Source of the DNA: Thermoplasmatota archaeon
GTDB lineage: Archaea > Thermoplasmatota > E2 > JACPAO01 > JAHFTW01
Direction: 5' to 3'
DNA length: 64,000 nt
Assembly: GCA_038046725.1 (NCBI GenBank)
Contig: JBBSVQ010000001.1
Span: 187,780 to 251,779 of the forward strand
Both the position numbers and the translations under genes were made by a program. Below are positions 1-10,288 of the stretch, piece by piece; the stretch's first letter is position 1, and each line of letters opens with the position of its first letter. Under the pieces are notes generated by a model. The model did not search any database and was not told the DNA's origin. It saw only the letters and a list, made by a program, of their open reading frames with translations.

Positions 1-92
1 AAATCGTCCTTCACGGTCTCGCTCACTTTGATGCCGGCTCGGTCGAGCTCGTGCTGCAGCGCATCCGGGATGCGGATGCTGATTACGCCCAC
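1..92 (-). CDS. Partial ribbon-helix-helix (CopG/antitoxin-like) protein; the N-terminus is in the window and the rest runs off the window start
   Basis: Minus-strand frame reads (GTG)GVISIRIPDALQHELDRAGIKVSETVKDD... with a beta-strand/helix pattern typical of RHH DNA-binding proteins. Start codon and extent are uncertain. Confidence 0.3.
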   Translation of the reverse strand, partial: MGVISIRIPDALQHELDRAGIKVSETVKDD

Positions 93-171
93 CAGTATAC
101 ATGGTGTGTTGACGACTTAAGGTTTGCGCCATCGGTTGGCGGGTGTGCCTTGCGCAGGACCTCGAGGCCCG

Positions 172-642
172 TCAGACCGTCTCGACCGGGTCCTGGCGCG
201 AGGCACGAATGATCTCCGCGATGCGTTTGGCCTTCTCCATCTTGGCCTTCTCGTCCGGGCTGTTGGCCACGACGCCGGGCACCAAGGTTGGCTTGTTGTT
301 GCGGTCGAGGGCGACGAACGTCATGTAGCAGCTGGCGGTGTGCCGGATTTCGCCGGTTGTCGGGTTCTCGGCTTCGACGCGGATGCCTACCAGCATGCTG
401 GTCCTGCCGACGTGGCGCACGGTGGCCTTGATGACGAGGATGTCGCCGATGTACACGGGTTCCTTGAAGTCCATGCGTTCGAGGGAGACGGTGACGACCT
501 TGGGGACGCGGGCGTGGCGCCAGGCGGCGACGGCGGCGGCTTCGTCGATGTACTTCAGGATGGCTCCGCCGTGCACGTTGCCGTACACGTTGGCCTCGTC
601 CGGCGTCATGAGCTTCGACATCGTGGTGGCCGATTGGCTCAT
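172..642 (-). CDS. Hotdog-fold acyl-CoA thioesterase
   Basis: MSKLMTPDEANVYGNVHGGAILKYIDEAAAVAA...TASCYMTFVALD is the 4HBT/acyl-CoA hydrolase signature. Start chosen at the internal ATG (MSQSATTMSKL) rather than the Arg-rich upstream extension of the ORF. Confidence 0.7.
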   Translation of the reverse strand: MSQSATTMSKLMTPDEANVYGNVHGGAILKYIDEAAAVAAWRHARVPKVVTVSLERMDFKEPVYIGDILVIKATVRHVGRTSMLVGIRVEAENPTTGEIRHTASCYMTFVALDRNNKPTLVPGVVANSPDEKAKMEKAKRIAEIIRASRQDPVETV

Positions 643-733
643 CGGGACCGGCGGGGGCGCGCCCATGCACGGACGACCGGGCGCCCCGATTTCAGGGTGG
701 TGCTTCGGCCGCACGAAAGGCCTTGAACGCCGG

Positions 734-1153
734 ATGCCATGGCTTGCCGTGGCTGACGTGGTGCAGGAGCTTGCGGCGTCCCCCGAGGTGCGCAGGCACC
801 TGGCCACCCCCAACACGGGCGTCTACATCATGCGCCAGGACGGCGACATCGTCTGGGCCAGTGAATCCATGCAGGCCGTCACGGGCCGGAGCCCCCAGGA
901 CCTCGTCGACCGCAATGCGTGGGAGGTCTTCGTGCCTCGGGAGGACCTGTCGCAGGTGACCGAGTTCAAAGTGCGCTTGACCGACGGTGATGGCGTCCTG
1001 TGGATGCGTGTTCTCGTGCCGAACGGATCGCCCGTGTGGTACCGCGCGACGGTCTGGGTGCGCAGCAACCACATCCTGTGCGCCTTCAAGGTGGAACTCG
1101 ACCAGGCCGAGTGGCGCCCGCACTTCATCGTGCGGCCGCGGCCCAAGGCATAG
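734..1153 (+). CDS. PAS-like sensor domain protein
   Basis: The C-terminal 139 aa of ORF 338..1153 (MPWLAVADVVQEL...IVWASESMQAVTGRSPQDLVDRNAWEVFVPREDL...GVLWMRVLVPNGSPVWYRATVWV) has a PAS fold pattern. The upstream part of the ORF is low-complexity. Confidence 0.4.
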   Translation: MPWLAVADVVQELAASPEVRRHLATPNTGVYIMRQDGDIVWASESMQAVTGRSPQDLVDRNAWEVFVPREDLSQVTEFKVRLTDGDGVLWMRVLVPNGSPVWYRATVWVRSNHILCAFKVELDQAEWRPHFIVRPRPKA

Positions 1154-1179
1154 AGCCGGCCGAAGCTTAGCGTGCGGCG

Positions 1180-2205
1180 TCAACCCAACGTGAGTTGCTT
1201 CTGCCCCTTCTGCTTCGGCTGCGGCGGCCCAGGGAACCACACGTCGCCGGGTTTGCGCGTGAGGCGCTTGGCGAGCTCGCCGTCCCCGAGCGCCGCCGCG
1301 ATGCGCGGCAGGGAATCGGCGGCGTTGCCCTCGAACGGGTTCGTCGAGATGACGAACGCCTCCTTCCACGGCGCGTGCTGCACGCGCTTGCGCACCTCGA
1401 GGATGTCGCTGAGGCGGTCGGCTTGCGTGATGTAGCGGCCGCGCACGTCGACGAGATTCCCCGTGAAGCGCACATAGCCGAACGACGACGTGGCCCACGG
1501 GGGCGCGAAGGCCTTCGGGTGCGTCCCCCACACCAACGCGGCATCGTGCGTCGTGAGAAGGTCCTGCGTCGCGTCCACGAACCAGGACGGGTTGCGCACC
1601 TCGAGCGCGAACGAGCCCGGCTCCTGCAGCGCAAGCAACTTCTCGATGAGTTCCCAGCCTTTCTCGCGCTTCATCGAGGGCGGGAGCTGGATGAGGACCG
1701 GACCGAGCTTGTCGGCGGCGCGCAGCGGTTCGAGCAGGTCGAGCCAAGTCTTGGCCTCCTCGACGCCGCCGCCTTCGTGCGTGACCTTCTTCCACATCTT
1801 CGGGAGGAACTTGAAGCCGGGCGGGGTCTGCTCGATCCAGGGTTCGAGCAGCTTGGCGCCGGGGAGCCGATGGTACAATTGGTCGGCCTCGGCCACGGAG
1901 AACACGCTGGAGTAACGCGGCAGGTACTCGTCGTGCGGCGTGCCAAGCGGAAAGAGGGCGTTGTCGAAGTGCGAGTTCGACCAAGCGGTGAGGCCGAAGC
2001 GCAGGCGCAGGTCCGTCCGCAGCGGCGGCAACGGGGGCTGGGCCTGCAACGTTGTCGGCGCACCCGCATCGGCGTCCGAGGCGACCTTGGCGTGGGCTCG
2101 TTCGGCGGCTTGGCGCAAAGCGGAAGGGACGGGGCCGGAAGCGGCCGCATCGGGAGAGGCGGGGTTCGCGAGCGGGTCCTTGGGGGCTTTGGCCTTGGGA
2201 CTCAT
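1180..2205 (-). CDS. DUF72 (UPF0759) family protein
   Basis: Family-typical blocks ...LPKMWKKVTHEGGG...GPVLIQLPPSMKRE...FALEVRNPSWF...FGYVRFTGN.... Start at the internal ATG (MSPKAKAPKD). Confidence 0.75.
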   Translation of the reverse strand: MSPKAKAPKDPLANPASPDAAASGPVPSALRQAAERAHAKVASDADAGAPTTLQAQPPLPPLRTDLRLRFGLTAWSNSHFDNALFPLGTPHDEYLPRYSSVFSVAEADQLYHRLPGAKLLEPWIEQTPPGFKFLPKMWKKVTHEGGGVEEAKTWLDLLEPLRAADKLGPVLIQLPPSMKREKGWELIEKLLALQEPGSFALEVRNPSWFVDATQDLLTTHDAALVWGTHPKAFAPPWATSSFGYVRFTGNLVDVRGRYITQADRLSDILEVRKRVQHAPWKEAFVISTNPFEGNAADSLPRIAAALGDGELAKRLTRKPGDVWFPGPPQPKQKGQKQLTLG

Positions 2206-2360
2206 CTCCGGGCGCCATCGGGGCCGCGGGTGATAATCTGCGCGCCAGCCGATGCGGGATCCAGCAAAGCGTGGCTGACCGGGCACAAGGACAAGGACAC
2301 AGCGTCCATGTCACACCCCGACCAATGGCTTTATTGGCTTTAGTCGCTAAAGCATCTTGC

Positions 2361-2588
2361 ATGCCGGTCGTGGACGAGGTCAAGATGGTCCAGGTGCACG
2401 CGTCCACCCACGAACGCCTCACAGCCCTGCGCCTTCCCGGGCTCACTTACGAGGACGTGATCAACTTCGCCTTGGACCACCTGTCCGAGGACGAGATCGC
2501 CAAGCACTACGCAGCCTGGCAGAAGGAAGCCATGGCGAAACTCTCCAAGGTTTCACGTCCCCTGCGCAAGGGCGACAGAATTCATTGA
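2361..2588 (+). CDS. Small hypothetical protein (75 aa)
   Basis: MPVVDEVKMVQVHASTHERLTALRLPGLTYEDVINFALDHLSEDEIAKHYAAWQKEAMAKLSKV is a compositionally normal segment of ORF 2052..2588. The upstream part of that ORF is Arg-rich junk. Confidence 0.3.
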   Translation: MPVVDEVKMVQVHASTHERLTALRLPGLTYEDVINFALDHLSEDEIAKHYAAWQKEAMAKLSKVSRPLRKGDRIH

Positions 2589-2687
2589 TGGATTCAAGGG
2601 ATTCCTGGACCGACAGCGATAGAGTTGGTTGTTGGCGCTAGTCGCCGTCGCCGACAGCGGTATAGCTGCACGACCCGGTTCCGCCGC

Positions 2688-3281
2688 ATGGCCGCGCCCG
2701 CGAAGCCGACCCGCAAACCAACGCTCACCTCGTTCCTGTGGTTCGCGGACAACCTCGAGGATGCAGCCAAGTTCTACACCAAGGTGTTCCCCGGCTCGAA
2801 GACCGGCAACGTGGCGCGCTACGGAGACGCGGGCCCCGGCACCAAGGGCACCGTCATGTCGATGGACTTCGAGATCGCGGGCCACCGCTTCGCCGGCGTC
2901 AATGGCGGTCCTATCTTCCAGTTCAACGAATCCGTCTCCTTCGTCATCGACTGCAAGGACCAGGCGGAAGTGGACTACTATTGGAACGCCCTCGCAGGCA
3001 ACGGCGGCACGGAGTCGCAGTGCGGCTGGCTGAAGGACAAGTTCGGCCTGTCGTGGCAAGTCGTGCCCGTGGAATTGACGGCGGCGCTCACGGACAAGGA
3101 CCCGAAGCGCGCGACACGGGCGATGCAGGCCATGCTCACCATGCGCAAGATCGACGTCAAGGCCATCCAGGACGCCGCCGACGGCAAGAAGCCGGCCCTG
3201 GTCGCGGCAGGTGCACGGGAGTCGAAGCGTGTGCGGGCCGACACCGAGGCGGCCACGGTCCAGTCGCGCAAGAAGCGCTGA
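2688..3281 (+). CDS. VOC/glyoxalase-fold protein (PhnB-like)
   Basis: LTSFLWFADNLEDAAKFYTKVFPGSK...MSMDFEIAGHRFAGVNGGP...SFVIDCKDQAEVDYYWNAL...CGWLKDKFGLSWQVVP is the PhnB/3-demethylubiquinone methyltransferase-like VOC signature. Confidence 0.7.
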   Translation: MAAPAKPTRKPTLTSFLWFADNLEDAAKFYTKVFPGSKTGNVARYGDAGPGTKGTVMSMDFEIAGHRFAGVNGGPIFQFNESVSFVIDCKDQAEVDYYWNALAGNGGTESQCGWLKDKFGLSWQVVPVELTAALTDKDPKRATRAMQAMLTMRKIDVKAIQDAADGKKPALVAAGARESKRVRADTEAATVQSRKKR

Positions 3282-3462
3282 ACGGGTTTGCCCTGGCGCA
3301 ACGTTTGGGCAAACACAGATGACACAGACAAATTGGGGCTTTCCGGGTCACCGCCCGTGCAGCTTCTTGCGAGAATCTGTGTTTGCCCATCCTGGACGCG
3401 GGACCATGCTCCTGGCAAGGCTGTCCACAGGGTTGATATCTGGCCTCAGGTGAGCGCGACCC

Positions 3463-4737
3463 GTGCCAAAGGCCTGGGCCCCGACCCCCCCGAAGGACGG
3501 CCAACCGATCGTGATGAAGGACGGCCACCTCGTCGTGCCGAACCACCCCATCATCCCCTTCATCGAGGGCGACGGCACGGGCCCGGACATTTGGCGTGCC
3601 GCCAAGCGCGTCCTCGACGCCGCCGTCGAGAAGGCGTACAAGGGCAAACGCAAGATTTCCTGGATGGAAGTCTTGGCTGGCCAGAAGTCCTTCACCCAGG
3701 TCGGCAACTGGCTGCCCGACGCCACCGTCGAGGCGTGCACGAAGTACCTTGTCTCCATCAAGGGGCCCCTCGAGACCCCCGTCGGCGGCGGCATCCGTTC
3801 CCTCAACGTCGCCCTGCGCCAGCAGATGGACCTCTACACCTGCCTGCGCCCCGTCAAGTGGTACAAGGGCGTCCCTTCGCCCGTCAAGGACCCGGGCAAG
3901 GTGGACATGGTCATCTTCCGCGAGAACACGGAGGACATCTACGCCGGCATCGAGTTCAAGGCCGGCACGGATGAGGCGAAGAAACTCCTGAAGTTCCTGC
4001 AGACGGAACTCGGCGTCAAGAAGGTCCGCTTCCCCGAGACGAGTTCCTTCGGCATCAAGCCCGTCAGCGAAGAGGGCACCAAGCGCCTCGTGCGCGCCGC
4101 CATCCAGTTCGCCATCGAGCACAACCGCAAGTCGGTCACCCTCGTGCACAAGGGCAACATCATGAAGTTCACCGAAGGCGGCTTCCGCGACTGGGGCTAC
4201 GAGGTCGCCACGCGTGAGTTCGGCGGCAAGGTCATCGGCGACGGCCCCTGGGTCGAGTTGCCCAACGGCCTGGTCGTGAAGGACGCCATCGCGGACGCCA
4301 TGTTGCAGCAGATTCTGTTGCGCCCGGCCGAGTACGACGTCATCGCGACGCTCAACCTCAACGGCGACTACATCTCGGACGCCCTCGCGGCCCAAGTCGG
4401 CGGCATCGGCATCGCCCCCGGCGGGAACATCAACTACCTGACCGGCCACGCCGTCTTCGAGGCCACGCACGGAACCGCGCCCAAGTACGCCAACCAGGAC
4501 AAAGTCAACCCGGGCTCCGTCATCCTGTCCGGCGTCATGATGCTCGAGTACATGGGCTGGCAGGAGGCCGCAGACCTCATCGAGGCCGCCCTCGAGAAGA
4601 CCATCGCCCAGAAACGCGTCACGTACGACTTCGAGCGCCTGATGACTGGCGCCACGCTGCTGAAGTGCAGCGAATTCGGCGACGCCATCATCGGCAACAT
4701 GGCCAGCTCGCACCAGACCGTCAAGGCGGCCGCCTAG
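3463..4737 (+). CDS. icd: NADP-dependent isocitrate dehydrogenase
   Basis: [18 protein letters not shown]..., ...[22 protein letters not shown]...DLY..., and the C-terminal ...[23 protein letters not shown]... motifs. At 424 aa it is the right size for prokaryotic IDH. Confidence 0.9.
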   Translation: MPKAWAPTPPKDGQPIVMKDGHLVVPNHPIIPFIEGDGTGPDIWRAAKRVLDAAVEKAYKGKRKISWMEVLAGQKSFTQVGNWLPDATVEACTKYLVSIKGPLETPVGGGIRSLNVALRQQMDLYTCLRPVKWYKGVPSPVKDPGKVDMVIFRENTEDIYAGIEFKAGTDEAKKLLKFLQTELGVKKVRFPETSSFGIKPVSEEGTKRLVRAAIQFAIEHNRKSVTLVHKGNIMKFTEGGFRDWGYEVATREFGGKVIGDGPWVELPNGLVVKDAIADAMLQQILLRPAEYDVIATLNLNGDYISDALAAQVGGIGIAPGGNINYLTGHAVFEATHGTAPKYANQDKVNPGSVILSGVMMLEYMGWQEAADLIEAALEKTIAQKRVTYDFERLMTGATLLKCSEFGDAIIGNMASSHQTVKAAA

Positions 4738-4804
4738 GTCTACGCTTCGACCATCCGTCCATTTGACGCCAAACCTCAAATCCTGTCGGAGCAGCGTGCA
4801 GGTG

Positions 4805-5377
4805 ATGCGCGCCGCCGTGGTGTGTTTGGTCGCTTTGCTTCTTGCCGGGTGCGCCCAGGACGAACCGCCCCAGCAAGAGGCGGCCGGGAACGACCCGTCG
4901 CCGTCGTCACCCAGCGACGACCTGCCGCGCACCAGCAGCGACACGGAGGCCAACGCGACGGCGCTCTCGAACTTCACGTTCGACCAGACCTTCCCGCTGC
5001 GCGTGATCACCGGCGCAACGGGCACCACAGGAGTGGGTGACAACGGCGGCAACTGCGTGATCTTCCCCACCGGCATCATCATCGGGCAAGGAAAGGCGAC
5101 GCTGTCCTGGCCGATGCAGGTGCCAACGGACCTCACCGTCGACATCCGCGTCGAGGGCGGCGGCTCGCCCCTCAGCACGACGGGTGCCAGCCCGGTCACC
5201 CTTGCCTTCGACTCGCTGCCGGAGGCAGGCTCCCATCCCTTCGACTGGGGCACCTTCTTCATGGTGCATGCCGGCACGGTCCCGGTCGCCGTCGCCGACG
5301 TCGAGCTGCACATCACGTTCGCCTACCAGGCGGAATCGCCCCTCGAGGTCCAGGCGGACAGCGCGGCCTGCGGCTGA
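4805..5377 (+). CDS. Secreted lipoprotein, hypothetical
   Basis: Signal peptide with lipobox (MRAAVVCLVALLLAGC) followed by an acidic, Ser/Thr-rich mature region. No recognisable domain. Confidence 0.45.
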   Translation: MRAAVVCLVALLLAGCAQDEPPQQEAAGNDPSPSSPSDDLPRTSSDTEANATALSNFTFDQTFPLRVITGATGTTGVGDNGGNCVIFPTGIIIGQGKATLSWPMQVPTDLTVDIRVEGGGSPLSTTGASPVTLAFDSLPEAGSHPFDWGTFFMVHAGTVPVAVADVELHITFAYQAESPLEVQADSAACG

Positions 5378-5579
5378 CCGGCTAAGCGGCCGCGATGGCT
5401 CGCATCCCAGGCGCGTCGAGGTCGATCCAGTCGCGTTCCACGTCGGGCTTCGGCCGGGCTGGCCGTTCGCTGGCATCCATCCGCGGCGCGACCGGGCGGG
5501 GGGTTGATGAAGTTGGCCACAAGAGGGTGCTTGGTTTCGTGTGGACGCCCCGCAACCGTGATGACCTCGACGCCCGCTC

Positions 5580-5903
5580 GTGCGCCCGTTGCCCACCGCG
5601 CGCGAGTTCCTGGCAAAGCACCGGCGCAACAACGCGCTCTTCGACATCTGGAGCCTCGTCCACCTCGTCACAGGCGTCGGCGCCGGCTGGCTCATGGATC
5701 CCTTCGTGGGCCTGCTCATCCTCGTGTTGTGGGAACCCCTGGAAATCCTCGTCTTGTCCCCGTTCCTTGCGCGCTTCGGCATCCTGTTCGGCCACGAGTC
5801 CCTGAAGAATTCCTTGTCCGACATCGCGTTCGACAGCCTTGGGGTCGCATTGGGGTACTGGGGCCTCAGGGCCCTTGCCACGCCGCCGTTCACGTTGATC
5901 TAG
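5580..5903 (+). CDS. Small integral membrane protein (2-3 TM)
   Basis: Hydrophobic helices LVHLVTGVGAGWLMDPFVGLLILVLWEPLEILVLSPFLARFGILFG. Normal composition in a GC-rich context. Confidence 0.4.
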   Translation: MRPLPTAREFLAKHRRNNALFDIWSLVHLVTGVGAGWLMDPFVGLLILVLWEPLEILVLSPFLARFGILFGHESLKNSLSDIAFDSLGVALGYWGLRALATPPFTLI

Positions 5904-5942
5904 CGCCGCAAGGCCCTTGACCGGGACCCTTGGTCGTGTGGC

Positions 5943-7211
5943 GTGCGCTTCGCTCCCATCGCCCTCGTGGTCCTCCTGGTCGCCGGCTGCCTCGAAGGCT
6001 CCGACGACGGCGACTCGGGCGCCGGGCCCGACTCCGACCAAGCCACCGACACCGTGCGCTTCCGTGAGCCAATCGACTTGAAATCCAAGGCCCGCCCCGG
6101 TGCGGCTGGCACGAACTGCCAGGATTCCGTCGTGGATGGCGACTGCGGACTCGGCGAACCCACGATGGAGGTGGACAGCCGGGGAACCATCTACATCTCC
6201 GGCGTGTGCTGCATCACGGTCGCGCCGCCGGTGTACGTCAGCCGCGACGGCGGCGCCACGTTCCAGGACTTGCCGACGCCCGCGGGCGTGCGTGAGGCCT
6301 TCGGCATCGAGGGCGACTTCGCCATCGACGACGTCGGCCGCGTGTACTTCGCCGACATCGAGTTCGCGGCCACTTTCCAGGTGAGCGTGTGGGACGCGGA
6401 CGGCACCTTCGTGCGCCACACCAAGTGGCCGGCGCCGCCGCTCGTGGACCGGGACTGGATCCGCGCCGAAGGCGACGGAACGGTGTACTACGTCTACAAC
6501 ACGGGCACGGCGACGAACGTGTACAAGTCGATGGATGCGGCCGAGACCTGGACTCCGACGGCCGTGTTCCAGGCGCCGTTCGGGCTTGGCAACGCGGCGT
6601 CGGGTTTGGCGGATGGCGAGTTGTGGATCCTCGGCGGCTCGAATTCAGGCAACGTGCTCGGCGAAGTCACGCGCGACGCCGGCCTGACGTGGAGCGAGGA
6701 GACCACGACGATTCCGTCCGGCGGCGGCTTCCCGGCCGGGGCCTTCGACGAAGGTGGCCGCCTGTACGGCGTCAGCGCCAGCGACGACACCATCACCGTG
6801 GCCGTGCGTTCGACGACTGGCGAGTGGGCCACCCCCGCAATCGTCTCCGGAGTCGGCCACCACCGCATGCCGTGGATCGCGGCGGGCGCCGATGGCGGCG
6901 TCGTGGCGTCGTGGTACGGCACGAACAGCACCGAGATTGGGCCCGGCAGCGAATGGTTCCTGCACGTCGCGCTCAGCCTCGATGCCGGCGTAACGTGGAC
7001 GACGCGCATCGCCGACCCCATTCCTGTCCTGACCGGCGACCTGCAACGGCAACTCCTCGACTTCTTCCAGGTCGAAGTCGGCCCGGACGGCGCCATCCAC
7101 GTCGCGTACAGCTCATTGCCCGTGGGGGAGTCGAACGAGGAGCAACTGCACTACGTGCGCAGCGAACCCATCCCGGCACTCGCGCCGATGAAGTACTTCA
7201 ACGGGCCGTAG
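5943..7211 (+). CDS. BNR/Asp-box repeat lipoprotein (sialidase-like beta-propeller)
   Basis: Lipobox LLVAGC, then four S-x-D-x-G-x-T-W Asp-box motifs (SRDGGATFQ, SMDAAETWT, TRDAGLTWS, SLDAGVTWT). Confidence 0.65.
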   Translation: MRFAPIALVVLLVAGCLEGSDDGDSGAGPDSDQATDTVRFREPIDLKSKARPGAAGTNCQDSVVDGDCGLGEPTMEVDSRGTIYISGVCCITVAPPVYVSRDGGATFQDLPTPAGVREAFGIEGDFAIDDVGRVYFADIEFAATFQVSVWDADGTFVRHTKWPAPPLVDRDWIRAEGDGTVYYVYNTGTATNVYKSMDAAETWTPTAVFQAPFGLGNAASGLADGELWILGGSNSGNVLGEVTRDAGLTWSEETTTIPSGGGFPAGAFDEGGRLYGVSASDDTITVAVRSTTGEWATPAIVSGVGHHRMPWIAAGADGGVVASWYGTNSTEIGPGSEWFLHVALSLDAGVTWTTRIADPIPVLTGDLQRQLLDFFQVEVGPDGAIHVAYSSLPVGESNEEQLHYVRSEPIPALAPMKYFNGP

Positions 7212-7223
7212 GACAGGGCTTCC

Positions 7224-8618
7224 CTATTTCCCCACACCCTCGTGACCCGCGAAGCGCACGACTTTCGTGGCCGGCGTGGGGAGGTCCGCCTGGTGGTACG
7301 CCTTCTCGCCGTGTTCGTACAAGTCGAGGCCAACCTGCTCCGCCTCGGCGGGGACGCGCAGCCCAATGAGTTTGTCCGTCAACCACAGCAAGCCGAGCGT
7401 CAGGACGAACGCGTATGCGGCCACGAGAGCCACGGCGATTGATTGGTCGGCAAGCAGGTCGAGGCCGCCCGCCGTGTAGCCGAGTCCGCCGTTGTCCGTG
7501 GCGAAGAGGCCGGTGCGCGCGAGGCCGTTGACGAAGGGGGTGGCGAGCAGCCCGGTGGCGATGGAGCCGAGCGCCCCGCCGACGCCGTGCACGCCGAAGG
7601 CGTCCAGCGAATCATCCAGTTTGAGGACGTTCTTCGTCAGGGCGACGGCGCCGTAGCAGACCGGGCCTGCGGCCAAGCCGATGAGAAGCGCGCCCATCGG
7701 CGTGACGAAGCCGGAGGCGGGCGTGATGGCGACGAGGCCCGCGACGAGGCCCGTGGCCGCGCCGAGGGCGCTGGGTTTGCCTTTGGCCATCCATTCGGCG
7801 CCGCACCAGGAGAGGCACGCGGCGGCGGCGCCCAGGTGCGTTGCGGCGAAGGCCGATGCCGCAAGCCCGCCGGCTGCGAGGGCGCTGCCGGCGTTGAAGC
7901 CGAACCAGCCGAACCAGAGCAGGCCCGCGCCCAGCATCGTGAAGGGAATGTTGTTGGGTGGCATCTGCACGGTGCCGAAGCCGCGGCGGCGCCCGACGTA
8001 CAGGGCGCAGGCGAGGGCAGCGACGCCGGCTGTGAGGTGCACGACGGTGCCGCCAGCGAAGTCGAGGGCGCCCATTTGGGCGAGAAGGCCGCCGCCCCAG
8101 ACGCTGTGCGCGACGGGGTCGTAGACGAGCGTGGCCCAGAGGACGGAGAAGAGCAGGACGGCCTTGAAGCTGAAGCGCTCGACAAAGGCGCCGACGATGA
8201 GGGCGGGCGTGATGGCGGCGAACATCATTTGGAACAGCACGAAGGCCAGGTGCGGAACCGTGGGCGCAAGAGGGGCTGCGTCACCGGAGCCGATGCCGTC
8301 GAGGAACGCGAAGTCGAGGTTGCCGATGATGCCGCCGACGTCAGGGCCGAAGGCGAGGGTGTAGCCCACGACGGCGAACTGCACGGACACGACGGCGAGG
8401 ATGAGGAAGCACTGCAGCAGCGTCGAGAGGATGTTCTTGTGGCGCACCATGCCGCCGTAGAACAGGGCGAGGCCGGGAACCATCAGCATGACGAGGGCTG
8501 CGCTCACCAGCACCCACGCCGTGTCGCCCGCAGAGATCGACGACTCGGCCGCCTGCGCACTTGCGGTCGGGAGGGCCAGGAGGAGCATCAGGAGGAGAAC
8601 GGTTCGGCCGACGTGCAT
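7224..8618 (-). CDS. amt: Ammonium transporter (Amt/MEP family)
   Basis: Signal peptide, then 11 TM helices with Amt hallmark blocks (...DFAGGTVVH..., ...FGWFGFNAGSA..., ...GALLIGL...HGVGG...G). Confidence 0.9.
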   Translation of the reverse strand: MHVGRTVLLLMLLLALPTASAQAAESSISAGDTAWVLVSAALVMLMVPGLALFYGGMVRHKNILSTLLQCFLILAVVSVQFAVVGYTLAFGPDVGGIIGNLDFAFLDGIGSGDAAPLAPTVPHLAFVLFQMMFAAITPALIVGAFVERFSFKAVLLFSVLWATLVYDPVAHSVWGGGLLAQMGALDFAGGTVVHLTAGVAALACALYVGRRRGFGTVQMPPNNIPFTMLGAGLLWFGWFGFNAGSALAAGGLAASAFAATHLGAAAACLSWCGAEWMAKGKPSALGAATGLVAGLVAITPASGFVTPMGALLIGLAAGPVCYGAVALTKNVLKLDDSLDAFGVHGVGGALGSIATGLLATPFVNGLARTGLFATDNGGLGYTAGGLDLLADQSIAVALVAAYAFVLTLGLLWLTDKLIGLRVPAEAEQVGLDLYEHGEKAYHQADLPTPATKVVRFAGHEGVGK

Positions 8619-8865
8619 CCTGCCAAGGAAAATCGGGACCCGCTTGATAATGGAATCGCTGGCAAAGTGAGACGAATCATGCCTTCTTTGGCTTGATTTG
8701 AGCTGAACGAGTCGAAATCGTTGGACTTGCGCTACCTACTAGGTCAAGGCAGCCTGCCGAAGTCCTGCGTTGCACGCGTGCGGCCATTGGCCCCACCAGC
8801 CACGGATTGACACGGAACGTAGGATCCGTGGTCATCCGTGCCAATCCGTGGCCCGTCGGGGCGGA

Positions 8866-9105
8866 CTACTCGCGGACTTCCAGCTCTTCCTCGCGGAACG
8901 CGGCGTCCGCCGTGTCGGGACGCAGGACGGTGAGGGGAACGGGCGCCAGGGCCACGAGGATGCCGAGGACCAGCAGGAGCAATCCCAGCAGGGGCTTGCC
9001 GTGGTCCACGATGACGATGGAGCCCGCGGCGAACGTGAAGATGCCCGCGATCTTGGTGAAAAGCGTGACCAGCTTGTAGTCGCGCTCCGACAGGACCAGG
9101 GCCAT
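8866..9105 (-). CDS. Small membrane protein
   Basis: Two hydrophobic helices with normal codon composition. Overlaps only antisense junk ORFs. Confidence 0.35.
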   Translation of the reverse strand: MALVLSERDYKLVTLFTKIAGIFTFAAGSIVIVDHGKPLLGLLLLVLGILVALAPVPLTVLRPDTADAAFREEELEVRE

Positions 9106-9126
9106 GGCGGCGCCGACGAAGGGGGG

Positions 9127-9630
9127 CTACTTGTCGGTTGTGGGCCGGGCCACGAGACGGGCGCCTCCCAGCAGGAGGGCAGCGGTCAGCGCGACCCACC
9201 AGCCAAGGCCCGGCATCGCGGTCTCGGTGACAGGCTCGCCGGCGGTGATGTTGCCTTCGTAGGTGCGGCCGCCCCAGAACGACGGGACGTCGGCTGGCCA
9301 CAGCATGCATGACGCGAGGGCCAAGGCAAGCAGGACCACAGCGACGCCGAGGTCGCGGCGCCAAGTCGTCGGCTCATGCCTGTCACTGCGGGCGGCGATG
9401 CGCACGAAGAGCAAGACGAGCGTGACGGCCACGACGGCGCCAGTCAGCCAGGGGCCCCACGCCGTCGTCAGGGGCTCCTCGGGCCGGAACAACCGCACGT
9501 CATCGCGCAGGGCGGAAGCGCCTGAGGACCAAGTCACACGCCACCAGGCAAGCAGGAGCGACGTCGCCGCGAGAAGGAAGGCCGCGATGGCGAGGCGGCG
9601 CGATGCAAGCAGGCGGGAGTCGTCGTCCAC
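9127..9630 (-). CDS. Integral membrane protein (4 TM), hypothetical
   Basis: Four clear TM segments. Co-directional with 8866..9105. Confidence 0.4.
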   Translation of the reverse strand: MDDDSRLLASRRLAIAAFLLAATSLLLAWWRVTWSSGASALRDDVRLFRPEEPLTTAWGPWLTGAVVAVTLVLLFVRIAARSDRHEPTTWRRDLGVAVVLLALALASCMLWPADVPSFWGGRTYEGNITAGEPVTETAMPGLGWWVALTAALLLGGARLVARPTTDK

Positions 9631-9706
9631 GCCGGCTCCAGGTGGCGCTGCGGCATGAGCCTAGTGGGTCCAGCCCCGCTATGAACCCCTGCGGCAGTGG
9701 CCCGTC

Positions 9707-10288
9707 GTGGGCAACGAGCTGACCGGCATCCTCTCGGGCACCGGGGCGAAGATGAAGGGCGAGGTCATGGACGACCACGTCGTCTTCCGCGGCGCCGTCA
9801 AGGCCGAGGTGCCGTTCGAGGACATCGTCGCCGAGGCGCGCGGGACCCTCCTCATCCTGTCCTTCGGCGGGCACACGGTCGAACTCGGGGCCGGCGCCCG
9901 CGCCAGCCAACTCGCGAGCAAGGTCCGCAGCCCACCCAGCCGCCTCGACCGCCTCGGCATCGAGTACGGCACGTCCGCCGCCACCGCAGGGCCCGTCGAT
10001 GCGCACTTCAAATCGGAGTTGGGCGCACGCGCAGTTGTGGCCCCCGGCGTGCCGAAGGAACCGGTCGACGCCCTGTTCTTCGCCGTGGCCGCCGCAGCAC
10101 AACTCGCCCCCTTGGCCAAGCTTGCGCCACTCGTCAAACCCGGGGGCACCCTGTGGCTGGTGGCCACGCGCGGCGCAATGCCGGACTCGCAGGTGGCAGC
10201 CGCCGCGAAGGCCGCCGGACTCAAGGTCGGCGCGTCGGTGCGCTTCTCGCCGACGCAAGTCGCGACGCGGTTGACGCACGCCGCCTAG
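9707..10288 (+). CDS. Hypothetical protein (GTG start)
   Basis: Compositionally normal 193-aa ORF (VGNELTGILSGTGAKMKGEVMDDHVVFRGAVKAEVPFEDIVA...). The competing long ORFs here are Arg-rich. Confidence 0.4.
   Translation: MGNELTGILSGTGAKMKGEVMDDHVVFRGAVKAEVPFEDIVAEARGTLLILSFGGHTVELGAGARASQLASKVRSPPSRLDRLGIEYGTSAATAGPVDAHFKSELGARAVVAPGVPKEPVDALFFAVAAAAQLAPLAKLAPLVKPGGTLWLVATRGAMPDSQVAAAAKAAGLKVGASVRFSPTQVATRLTHAA

Noticed and set aside
692-2446. 584-aa minus-strand ORF, and similar very long ORFs at 3157..5316, 5382..6419, 7443..8696, 9500..10759, 12407..13927, 14203..15438, 20618..21682, 25386..26807, 40175..41347 and 47703..48632
   Set aside because: These are Arg/Pro/Ala/Gly-dominated translations lying antisense or out of frame to well-supported genes (DUF72, icd, amt, GT4, ROK, HK, SNF2). 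They are typical open-frame artefacts of a 65-70% GC genome and have no recognisable motifs.
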